A program made the position numbers and the translations under genes. The notes beneath the pieces were generated by a model that was given only the letters and a program-made list of their open reading frames with translations, searched no databases and had not been told where the DNA came from. Below, one piece after another: positions 49,651 through 61,505 of a stretch of 64,000 nucleotides of DNA (its first letter is position 1; the number at the start of each line of letters is the position of its first letter). The stretch is from Hamiltosporidium tvaerminnensis FI-OER-3-3 (Eukaryota; Fungi; Microsporidia): NCBI GenBank assembly GCA_022605425.2, contig JAKIMF020000007.1:1054001-1118000 (forward strand). Reading direction: 5' to 3'.

Positions 49651-51054
49651 TTTTTTATAATCTTTAAATTATATCAAGTCCTCTTTTTCTCTTTATTTCC
49701 GCCTTATAATATGGATGGAATTATTTTTCTTTACATGCGATAATTATTGTGTTATGCATGTTATTTCGGTTCGAAACACCTTCTTTATAGTTTTAAAATA
49801 TAATATACTAAAAGCAAAAACTAAAAATTATTTAATATCTGAGATAACAAATGAATCCCGGTATATAAGTTATAAGCAAATATTGCCAATACGTCTACAC
49901 AGGCAAACACATATTTTTTTTAACTTTATACCGATAATTCTTTGATCTAAATTTAACCTTGAATATATAATTTAGACAGTTGATCTTTTCACATGTTAAG
50001 AAATGATTCTAATTTTCAATAACACTTATAATAATACCAAATATGAATACAGAGAGCGTTTCATTTACGCAAATTTCATATTGTAGCATTTCAAAGTTAT
50101 TTTCCGACCTTTAACTTGTTTCCCAATCGTAATATTTAATTAAGATAGGACAATCAATCACTGTAAAAAATTAAAATATGGTTGGGAATTGTAATAAAAT
50201 GAGATATAAATATTAGATTTAGTCATATTATAATAAATATCCCAGAAAATTCCACATCTAATGAGTATAAAAATACAACAAGAAAAAAAATTGAACCAAA
50301 TTTTGATCAAAAATTTAAGTGGTTTTTTTTAAGAAAATATAAAATGAATTCATTTTTTTGATATAAAAAGTCAAATAAAGATCGTTATAAGCAATATTGA
50401 TAACTTAATTTCGTTCAAATTTAAATCGATAAAGTATTAAGTAAGGAGTAACACTCAAAATTAATTTTAAAAATAAAACAAAGCTTATCATAATTTGCTT
50501 CAAATAGATTAAACTCAGTAATTGTTCTACTCAAGAAGTGAGCTCACATTATAACATCTTTATACATTAACATTTAGAAAAATACCTGTTTGGGCAAAGA
50601 ATGTATTTAAATATAGAATTATTTCTTTTGAGATTGGCGTTTGAAAACTTTAATCAGCCAAATATAACATTAATAATGTATAAAAATGTGAACCGCGTAT
50701 GTAAATAATTACAATATTTTATTTCTTCTCTAAATTATCCTTGGTTACTTAGTTATTTCAGTTATTTAATACCTATTAGTTCTCGGATTAACAGACAGAA
50801 TACCAAAGTATTCTTTTGCCGGCCAATGTTCCAACATTTCTTAAGTTTATTTTTTTTCAAGAAAAGAGGGTTTGGACGAGTAAAACCTTCTCAACAATAT
50901 ATTCTTCCATATTCTCGCTAAAAACTCTTAGTTTTAAGTCTATGTGCTATAGTCGGACTTCCATACTAATTAATTGATTTCTGAGGCAGTCTTTTTTCGC
51001 CTTTAGTTCTTTTAATCGAGTGAAATTCGTGATTGTAGAAGATTTCCCATATAT

Positions 51055-51155
51055 CCGGTGTGGTTTTTATCTTATATTCCCACCAAAAGACCAAAAAAGA
51101 TATCACATGAATTTCGCATACTAATTTTATTGGCAATAGTTTTTAATGTGATTAT
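51055..51155 (-). repeat. Decayed head-only copy of the structured element
   Basis: GTGTGGTTTT..TATTCCCACCAAAAGACCAAA..ATTTCGCATACT..AGTTTTTAATGTGATTAT matches the head of copies A and B. Confidence 0.6.
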
Positions 51156-51290
51156 TTTAATGCTATACCAAATTTAAATTAAGAACAGATTTAAAACAGA
51201 TTAATTTTATTTTAATGAATAGTGTATTTAAGATAAAATATTTTTTGATAAGTAATATATATATTTTCTGCTTAAAAAATATAAAAAAGT

Positions 51291-51758
51291 ATGGATTTAA
51301 TAGGCAGTTTAGACGAACTTGCAGAAACTTCATTTATTGAAATGCAACCTACAGTACTTGACATCAATAAAATAGATAAAAATAAATCGAATAGAAAAAT
51401 ATCAACTGAAAATAATATTTCTTTGGTTAATTCCGAGGCTTGCTTAATAGATATCTCTCTTGATGAGGTTATATGTAACGCAGGAGATTCAACAGAAAAT
51501 ATAATTTCATCCGAGAACCCTAGGGCATTTATTCTAGATATTTCTCTAGATGACTCTATATCTGATAAAAAAAATCCTGAGAAAGAGATGGATCTACAAA
51601 CAAATGAGATTTCAAAATATAAAAAAATCTATAAAAAGGTTTATATCGAAGAAGAATCATGTATATCGGAATATAAATTTCCTATAACATGCATTTGTCT
51701 TATCACTATTACGGCTATAATTATTACAGTCATTCTTGTTGTGAAAAACGAATATTAA
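51291..51758 (+). CDS. Hypothetical tail-anchored membrane protein (155 aa)
   Basis: Acidic body with an internal duplication (ENNISL..LIDISLDE / ENIISS..ILDISLDD) and C-terminal TM ITCICLITITAIIITVILVV. Confidence 0.7.
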   Translation: MDLIGSLDELAETSFIEMQPTVLDINKIDKNKSNRKISTENNISLVNSEACLIDISLDEVICNAGDSTENIISSENPRAFILDISLDDSISDKKNPEKEMDLQTNEISKYKKIYKKVYIEEESCISEYKFPITCICLITITAIIITVILVVKNEY

Positions 51759-52659
51759 AAATAAAAATTATATTCTTTCTTTTCAACCTCACAAAGTTGA
51801 TGAAAATATTTTTTTGAAAGTTGTTATAATTTTAGTCAAAATGAAACATTTAATTTTCAAATCTCTATTAATTTTATTGAAAAATTGTTATTTAGTGTTG
51901 TATAATACGTTAACTAATCATAATATGTCTGATTAAAACATAAATTTGAATATAATATAATACACGTAGATTTTACAATTTGGTATTTGAATTCTTTTTT
52001 ATAGCAATTAAACCTTGCAGTTAAGTAATTAGCTTGAATATTATATTTCATTTTTACAAAATCAAAAGAATTTATACTAAAAAATAAAATTACATTGATT
52101 TTAAATTAATTAAAAGAATTAAATTTACAAAAAAAATTGAAAAATACATAGATTCTATAATTCAAACGTATCTAAAATATTAAAATTATACGATTGTAAA
52201 TTTTAGGAATATTTTATAAATATAAAGGCTAAATTTATATTTAAGAAAAAATAAATAATTTTTACTCGAAATAATAATGTTATGGATATTAAAATTCGTA
52301 TAATAAGTGTAAATTAATTCATTAACTATAATATTCTGTTATTTATTGTAAAATTTCTCTTTCCTACCTTCTTTTTCTGTATTATTCTTACTACTTATAT
52401 CCGTTCATTGGTAATTTTTTAAACAATAAACGTTTTTTTCGTTTTAAATTATATAAATAGACTCTACAGGTGAAATTTTGTTCTTTAATTAGATTTATAT
52501 GATTTTCATCTTTAATCTATTAAAATCGTAGAAATAATATTAAATTCTCCTGATTTAATAATTGAATTTTTTTTGTTTTCTATTGAATCCAAAACATATA
52601 GCTTGACGAGATTAGCTGAATAAAGTAGAAAAATAATAATTTTTCATTTAAATATATTT

Positions 52660-55600
52660 TATTTAATAAAATTCTGGGTTAACAAATTTTCTCTCGTTTA
52701 ACTAATTTCTTCCATCACTTTAACCACTTTATCTTCTTTTTCTACATCAGAATTATCATTAATTTCTATCGTCGGTTCCTCTGGTCTGGTTACGTCATCT
52801 AAAATAAGGGGTAAAATATTTTTTGAATTTACTTGTTTAACACTATCTTCCTCGTTCTTCACTTCTTTTAAGGGGGGTGTTGGTTGTTTATACATCTCAG
52901 CTCCTATAATAACACTTAATGACGCTCACTCCCAGCTCTCTTCGGCACATGGTCCTGACTCAATTCCTCTTCGTCGATCGAAGGAAATCATTTCGACTGT
53001 TTTCTTAAGTACTATAGACTGAATGTATGCCTCTACATTTATGAGTATTTGTAATCTTTAAAGATAAGTCTTATCGTATTTTGTCACAATACCGACCCAT
53101 GTTATCACATAAGGAATTATCTATCACTACATTTGTAAATAAGACCCAGCTCATTTGCTAATAAGTCATACTTCCTAAGTTTCTCTGTTTCAATATTTGA
53201 AGTGAGTCTTGGGAGGTTATTCCTACTTCAATGAGGGTAATCTTATTTTTTCTCTTGTCTAAAACGAATATATCTGGCCTATTATTTCGAATTTTGACAT
53301 CAGTTTTTATTATGGTGTCACTCTTATCTCTGCATACTCATTATCAAGAATGTCTTGAACTGAGTGGCTTCTGATTCGTTTTGAGGACTTGAATTTATAT
53401 TTATTTAAGAAGAGCAAATGTTTACACCGTACCACTTCATTGTGTCGTCTAGTATAGTCATGACCAAGCATTTTTTCACATCTCGTTGCTAAATGGTCTA
53501 CTGTTTTTCTAGACGTGTTGCAGTGTTGACACACCCCTTCTGCTCCCCAAAATACGTTTCTATCCTGGATATAGCAGAACACTGCTTCATCACGTGGTTT
53601 TACACTTCCTTTCTTTAACCATCTTGAGGAGTCATTTACACTTACTAGCTCGTTGTTTCTAGCATTATATAACTTTGAATGTAGTTTTCGTTTTTCTATT
53701 TCGTTATATAAGTTAGCTAGTTGAGCTTCATCTAATTTATTTTTAGTGACCTCCTCTGCCATCCCGTATTTTACTTGTAAAAAGTCTTTTATTAGTGCAA
53801 GATGGGTTTTGTTATCATTCTCCACCTTAAGGATTGCTGCTCTTCTGGTCGATGTTTCTTTAGATTTTTCCAGACAATCCAAGAGTTGCAAAAGGATATG
53901 TTCGCTTTTGAACTCAACACTATGAAGACCTCTCCTAAGTTCTGTTCTGAAAAGGTACAGACGCTCTTTACATCCTGGGCGAAGATGTATCTTGTTCTTT
54001 ACTAAAACTGCACGTACTGCGTCATCCAACTTTGAGAAGTCGCCAGGTTCAAGTCGAAGTACACCTATATGATAGTTTATTAGAGATATCGCATGTTGAT
54101 TGATAGCTTGAAATAAATTTCTTGCATTCAATCTCGTGCGGCAAAGTCTCTCTACCCTCGCTATCAGTTTGGTTTGTACTTCCTCAAACGACTTACGTGT
54201 TGGAATTCCTCTGCTATCTTCTATTATTCCGAGGTATTTGTAAACACCTATTCCTTCAAGAAGAGTAGCAGTATTCTCACAACACGAATCATTTGTGGCC
54301 TACTTCACTCTGTTTATTTCTAATCCTATATTTTTCATAAACATTTTTACCTCCTCCGTCATCTTTTCAAGCGTTGTTCCATCTTTGGCAAGGAGCTTAA
54401 GATCATCAATGAACACGAGATGATTGGTAGAGTGGGATGCATCCTCCGTTTGTATTGTCACCTTTGCGTATTTTTCATTGAATTTACGGCTCAATGGATC
54501 CATACACAGCACAAACAATAGGGGTGACAAACTATCTCCCTTTAGAATCCCCTTATCAATCTTATTGTTCATAATTTTTTCAGACCCTACCGAAATATCA
54601 ATTTTATTTTGATATTGTTACCTTAATAAATTTCAGAATCCAATCTGGTAAATTAAGGTTTTCGATGACTTGTGTCAAATAAGCATGATCTATTGAATTA
54701 TACGCGCTTTTGACATCAATCCACGTTGCATTCGGATTGTTTCCATACTCTTTATTAAGAGCAACATTTAGCAGGGCCTGCTCTTTCGCTCCTTGCACAC
54801 CTCTCACTGCACCCAATTGATTATCTGCTTGTTACCCTCGCCTCTCTACCTCAAGCTGAACAACTTTTGTAACACACTTTGTTGTCAGCTTTTAAAGGTT
54901 TGACATACAAATTAGTTGGCCTATAGTCGGAGCCTTTTTGTGGTACGCTTTTTGGAATGAGATACGGTAGCCCATGATAAAACCAATTAGCTTGTGGTGT
55001 TCCTTCAAAACATATGGCTTTCACAATATCATAAAGATATTTGTGAAGAGTCGTAAGTTTCTTGATATAAAAATTGTAGATCCCATCAATTCCGGCGGCT
55101 TTCCAGTTAGGAAGCCAATTGATAATATCTACAAATTCATCAAGTGAAGGAAACGTGGCCTGGTGAGTATCCGAAACGAAAAGAATCAGATACTCATCAT
55201 ACGTAAACATTTCATTATTTTTGTTCACCATTGGGGACCAAAAACTTACAATTTCGTCACGATTAACCACATGCTCGGATTCCACACGCTCAGACAGGCC
55301 ACGATAATATCTACCTCGGAACAGCTCAAACATACGATTCTCTTTTCGGAATTGCTTCCTACTTTCGTACATCGTAAGTTTTTTTTTCGTAAACATTTAT
55401 CAGCTCATTCTTCTTAACTAAAGCCTCCGATAGATCATTTGTTTTGTTTAGGTCTAAATTAAACTCTCGCATAATTTTTTTAAGACTTTTAGTTTGAGAA
55501 GAGGAGAGTTCTTCCCGTCTACGCGCTTTCTCGAGGATATCTTTTGAAAGTTTTAACACTCAAATTTTACTCTCAATGCTTTCTTTCCACGCTGATATTG

Positions 55601-56465
55601 GCCTCTCTTTACGTGTTTCATGGCCATAACATACCTGGGCTGTCTGGATAATACGGGCAATGTCTGTTATCGTTATAGGTACATGAGAGTCAGCATATTC
55701 CCCAACTATTCGATTAATAAGATCAAGAACTGTACTGTCAACCAATTCATTTGGAGGCTTTCGAGTTCGGACTACTACTTTTCCGATTTTCTCCTACGAG
55801 GTTTTTTTGATATTACTCAAGTATTTTTCTCTCAGGCTTATAAATCGAGTAGTATCGGTCAAGGAACATGGCTCGGCGAGACAAGTGGCGATTCCAAGTC
55901 GCTTCTCCTATTCTCTTCCTGCCTAATTTCCTCTTCCGTCTTATTATGTGCCATTCTTTTTAGCACATCGATAGTGTGGGTACTGGAGAACTTCTCATTA
56001 TAGTAGCTCTGTTTCTCTTTTCATCCATTTCTAGGCATTCGGTCAAACCTTGTTTGTACTGCAAAAAGAACAACATCGAATGAATTCTTGACGCTCGGCC
56101 TCTATAGATCGGAGTATAGATCGGAGGACAACGAGCCTTTCAGAAATAGGTATGGTATAAAGGTTTGGCCCACTAGCAGCTATATCTGGCCTAGGGGTTA
56201 CAGTGCTTGAATGCATAGGGTTATATGGCGAGGGTATAGTCTTAAGCAAGCATACCTTTGTGTTTGTGTTTGCTTCGCTTGGTGGTATAGAAGTGTTATT
56301 TATGATGGTGGATGGTGTGTATGAGCTTGGCTGTGGAATTTGCTGGTCGTTTTTACACTCTCTAATTACCTCATCCACTTCACTTGCCCTGTTTGCAGCC
56401 TTTATAATTTTTTCTTTTTGTTTTCGCTGCCTACATATTTTCTTATACCCATTTGATTTTTCATA
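52660..56465 (-). mobile_element. Non-LTR retrotransposon with restriction-like endonuclease (R4/Dong-like), multiply disrupted
   Basis: RT motifs WKAAGIDGI, DYRP, IDVKSAYNSIDH, GILKGDSLSPLLF, FIDDLKL and YKYLG; zinc knuckle CQHC..DHLATRC followed by RRHN; RLE motif RPDIFVLD..LIEVGI..EKLRKYD (~53150-53290). Many stops and frameshifts. Confidence 0.92.
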
Positions 56466-56524
56466 ATAGATATTTTATTATGAATACATTTCAAAAATAG
56501 AAACTAATTATTACATCCCTCAGA

Positions 56525-57707
56525 ATGAATTCTTTCCGTTACAAACTTCCATTTATCCATTATAGCATTGAAAACTTTCTAAATCCAGTAGAATATAAAA
56601 AAATCAGTGATTTTTACAACAAACTAAACTTCTCTTTAAAATATACAGATCTATATAAATTCTACCAAACTGATGAACTAACGGAAAACAAAAATATTTT
56701 ATTTTTTAAAAAAAAGGTTTTAAAAATCTGCAAAGAAATAGAGAAACACGAGAATATTCATACTTTAGACGAATCGGAAGATATAATGGCAGTAAATTTG
56801 AAAATAAATGGATTCAGAAATGATAAGAAACAATTTGGATATTTTTGGATCATTTTATCGTGCGGATAATTACTTATTGTGTCATGATGATTGTTTAGAA
56901 AATAGAAAATATGCATTTTCATATTATTTAGAGGATTATGAAACAGGTGAACTTGCATTATATGATAATACAGCCACTACCGAATGTAAAAGAATAAAAG
57001 TGACCAAGAATTTATTGATAGTTTTTAAAGTATCTAAAATATCCTTTCATGAGGTATTATATTGTGTGAAAGATGGAAGGAAAGCATTTACTGGTTGGTT
57101 TCACGAAATACAATCATCAGATTACAAATCAGATAATCAATCTAATATAAACGTTTTAGAAGGTATAAACTACTTAGATTCAAGTATTTTTGACCTAAAA
57201 TGTTTAGAGATTCAAGTGAAGTATAAAGATTATTACGTAAAAAATTTTACCTTGGAAAAAAACCGGGATATATTTTATACGGCCAAAACACACCTTAATG
57301 TTCCGAAGTTGAAAGAAAAAGATATCAAACCTACACTTTATAACAGAAAGCTTATAGAAATGGAATTTTTAGATCTTTTTGAAATTATTTTTGACAAAAA
57401 AATCTTACATTTAAACGATAAAAATCTTAAATGTGAAAAACATTCTTTTAAGATACAAAAAGAAGATTATATTCTGATAAATGACACCTTAAACAATCCT
57501 AAAAATATATTTTATTTCGTTTATTTTTATAATTGTGAAACAATAAAAGATAATCTTTCAATAGTAAACAATAAAGGAGATATCAGTTACAATATTCCTA
57601 TTGATAATGATCGTTTATACTTTTTACCAAGAAATAATATCTCATTATTTCTAGAAAGAACACAAAGTACATTTAATATGATTATTTTCTCATATTTCAT
57701 ACTATAA
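56525..57707 (+). CDS. TPA1: 2OG-Fe(II) prolyl hydroxylase Tpa1/OGFOD1 (~393 aa), one +1 frameshift near 56810-56850
   Basis: DLYKFYQTDEL in the first ORF; YLLCHDD, RKYAFSYYL, GELALY, SFHEV and RKAFTGWFH (HxD...H triad) in the second; CCC motif before the ATG. Confidence 0.85.
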
Positions 57708-58271
57708 GTTTTTAATCAAATTATCTTAAAATCGAGGTATAGGGAAAGAATAGAATAATTAAGTAAATGGATTAACTATGTTGGTCATATATCAAAGATT
57801 CTAAGAAATAAGAAAATTTTATTAAAGCACTAAATTATCTACAAAAGCAGTAAATTATATTTTAAATTTAAATAATTAAGTTTAAATCATTTATAGATAT
57901 ATATGTTTCAAAATTTTATTTTATATCACTTTAGTAATAATAATGTGCTTCAAAATATTTTGTTTTTCACAAGATTTTGTAACTTTATAAATAAAATTAT
58001 TCGTAATTATATTTAGCTGGTTGATGGAATATGAGGTTGATTATAAAATAGGAATTAGAGGAAACAAAAAAAGTAGAAAAAACCAAAATCTATAAATAAA
58101 TATCATAGTTTTAGATATTTTCTTCATAGACTTATCAATATAATATTTAACTATTTAGTAAAACCAAAAGTTTTTTGAAAGATAACGATTTTATATTTAT
58201 TTATTCAATTAATTAATTAATTTTAATCTACACAATTGAAACTTGTATATAATAGGAAATAAAAACTGATG

Positions 58272-58980
58272 ATGAAGGAAGAATAATCTCATTAACAACT
58301 TCATCTTGGAAATATGTGTATAAAATTGATGTTAAAAACAGTGTTTATATTTTTTTGACATTCAAAACACACTATATTTTTTGTTTTTCATATTAACTTG
58401 TAAAAAGAAGAAAAAAATCAACAAATAATATATTTTTTTATAAATCCAGGCAATGGTTCTTTATGAAACACATTTAAATAATAGTGATTAAATTGTTGAT
58501 AAATGTTATGTGAAATCCTGGAAACATAACCTTTCCCACTTAGAAATGAAGACTAATATATTTAAGATAAAAATAAAATACTTTTTAAACAGTGATTATT
58601 GCTTTGTAGGAGGTAATACTGGTTGGTATGATGCTGAAAAGTCTAGTTAAGTTACATAGAATTCAGCAAGGAATAACCTTTCTAGATGTCTATTGGGGTT
58701 CGAAAATAGATGAGTAAATGTAATACCAAGGTCGCACGATGGGTTAAAATGTTTTTCCTACCGTGATCACTCATTATGCAACAAACATTATCGGATCTTA
58801 TAGGACTTCATAGGTTAATTACAGCCTTCATAACTTCATTGTATGTAAATGTTTTGTATGTAGGAACCTAAAAACGCTACAAAGGCCCTGAGAAATAATT
58901 AGACATATAAAAACCAGAATCCCAGCCAAGACAATTTTAAATTTATGAGGCCTTGAATAGAGAAGACAATTCTGTAAAAT
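58272..58980 (+). repeat. Old, AT-decayed, oppositely oriented copy of the ~720-nt element
   Basis: Colinear with the reverse complement of copy B: CTTGG.AAT..GTGT.T.AAA.TG.TGT, ACACTA.AT, TGGAAAC, GAAGACT, GTAG.AGGT.ATAC..GTTGGTATGA, CTAGA.GT.TATTGGG, GATCAC..ATGCAAC..ACATTA. The right end is approximate. Confidence 0.65.
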
Positions 58981-60744
58981 ATATTTTATGAAGATATTAA
59001 ACAATCAAATATGAATATTTTATGTAAAATTTAAATTATAAATTAGAAAAAATTTATTTTTATTTTAATATCGAGCATCTCAATATTCCAAATCCGATGT
59101 AAGGAATTATAGTACTCATTCAAAAAGAAATCACAAAAATTACTTTATTATAAACTATCACACCTTCTTTACTATCTAAAAGATTAATTCTCAAAATAAC
59201 TTTAGAATTTTACTTATATAATCTTTAGAAATATAATATGTGTAAAAAAGAAGCTTTTCGTATTCACAAATTATTTACTTTGAAATAGAACTCATTTAAA
59301 ATATAAGTTTAAAGAATATTGAATTTAAGTGTAATAGTTATTGAATATGTGTATTTATAATTTATCGCTTTAATAATATTGGCGCCTTTGAAATCAAAAC
59401 AAGTTTGTTCTATTGATAATTACTCAAATTTATAAATTTACATACAAATAATTTGATTCGCTATTATGAATAGAATTATTAAAGTATTTACACAATATAG
59501 ACAATATATATTCTATTGAATTTTTATTAAAGGAATTAAATGTGGATACTATTTGAAAAAGGAAATTTATCTTTCAAGGCAGAGCAGAAAAATAATGCCT
59601 AAAATATTTATAAAATACTGAGTTGGTAGATGATTAAAGATACAAACATTCAAAATAAATAAATATTCGATTATATAAAAAAATTTCTTAATTTATAGGA
59701 AAATTAAATTTTAGAACAAAAAATCTAGAAGCCAGAAATATAATCATAGATTTTAGATGTTTAAAAACGAATTTTAATCATATAATATATAGTAATGATA
59801 TAAACTTCACAGAAGTCATTATAAGAAACGATGAATGTATTAAAAACTTCGGTGTGCTTTTTTTTCATCCGAAGAATTTAATCGATAAGAACCTACATAG
59901 AATTGAAAAATAAAGATTTTCTTATTGAAAAAAAGATAATTACTATCATGAGAAAATAAAAAAAACTCTACCTTTTTTCAATTTCTTAATCTATTAGTGA
60001 TTTTTGTTCGTTCAAAACATAAAATAAGCTCAGATCATGGTAAAATAAAATGTATTAAAAGATCTAAAAGAACACATTAGATAATTTAAGATGATGATTT
60101 TCATATTTATGTCTCGTTGAATATTTCAATCTAAGGTTTATTGAAAAAGAAACAAGTTAAGATAAGATGCAAAGCTTTATCTAAGAAACCAAAATTATCA
60201 AAATATTTTTCTAATTTATAAAGAATAGCTGATAAAAATTAAACATACAAATAAAATAAATCAATAAAAACGCGAGGAAATTTCATATGGAACAAATATT
60301 AAACATAAATATTTGCCAAATCGTATGTATATTGTAAATAATATACATTTAAAATTTCTGTTGTAATTGGATAAATTAGAAGATACAGGTATAAAATAAG
60401 AAAAAAGTAAGACATATAATATAATTGGTAAAACTCTTTAAACTAAGCAATTTGAATAATTATTTAGATAGGGTACTTACGCCAGTACACTTTAAAAGCT
60501 ATATGTGCCAAAAAAATAATGATTACAAAAGAACCAAACAATTTGAGTTTCAATATCTATAATGTATTTTTATAATAGCTTATGAAATATCTAAGAAGAT
60601 AAATATAAAAATTGATTTAAGAATAATCAAATTTCCGTATAATTCAGCTAAAATTCATGCCAAAAATTATTAGCTTTGTATCAATTCTCAACTAACATAA
60701 AGAAATATAGGTTTACTTCACAATATTCAATCATTTGTTTGGAT

Positions 60745-61505
60745 CAGGGGTCTCCAAAATTCGGCTTGCGGACACTTTTAATTCAGCCCGATGCCACATT
60801 TTTCCGGGTTGCCAATTTGTTTTATTGAGTAGATTTTTTTCAAATAAGGTAATAAAAGAAAAAAAACAAAGTTAAATCATATAAAAAGAATTGCAATTAT
60901 AGATAATTTAGGCCTGGACTTGTAATACAAAGAAGATTCCTAGAGTTTTCATTATTTTTTCAAACTAGCAATTATTTTATACTAAAAAATCAAAAGTAAA
61001 TAACAAAAAAATATATGGCGCAATTAATTATTAATGAGATTGATATAGTTGTGATTTTTAGGTGATAATTCTTAGAAATATTAGGTTTTATTAACAGTTT
61101 GAATTTACTAGAAACGAATTCTATTACTTATCTATTAATTGCGATCTATAAATGTTTTTTTAAAATTTATTTTAGAGAATGTTCCTTCGCACAACTACGT
61201 AGAGCAGAAAGCGGAAATGAAAACACTGAGAGAATGTATGAACGCAATTTTATTGCGTGACTGGAAGACTCTTATAAAATTCCAATAACTAATCTATTCA
61301 TTTTTTATAAAAATATTGTTTATAGATATGTTCGATTTCATGAACATCTATATGAACTCTAAAAATTTGATTTAAAATATTCATAATTAAAATCGCAGAA
61401 ACATTTTTGTAGTATGGTGGCATAAAAAGCAATGATTTCATGGCCCGCTGGATTTTTTTTAGATGTCAATGTGGCCCCCGAACAATGAACGTTTAGATAC
61501 CCTTG
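60745..61505. mobile_element. Non-autonomous hAT (Buster/Charlie-type) element, 761 bp
   Basis: Termini CAGGGGTCTCCAAA and reverse complement CAAGGGTATCTAAA; subterminal GGCCC/GCCCG motifs; degenerate 8-bp TSD GTTTGGAT / GTTCAAAT; no transposase. Confidence 0.65.
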
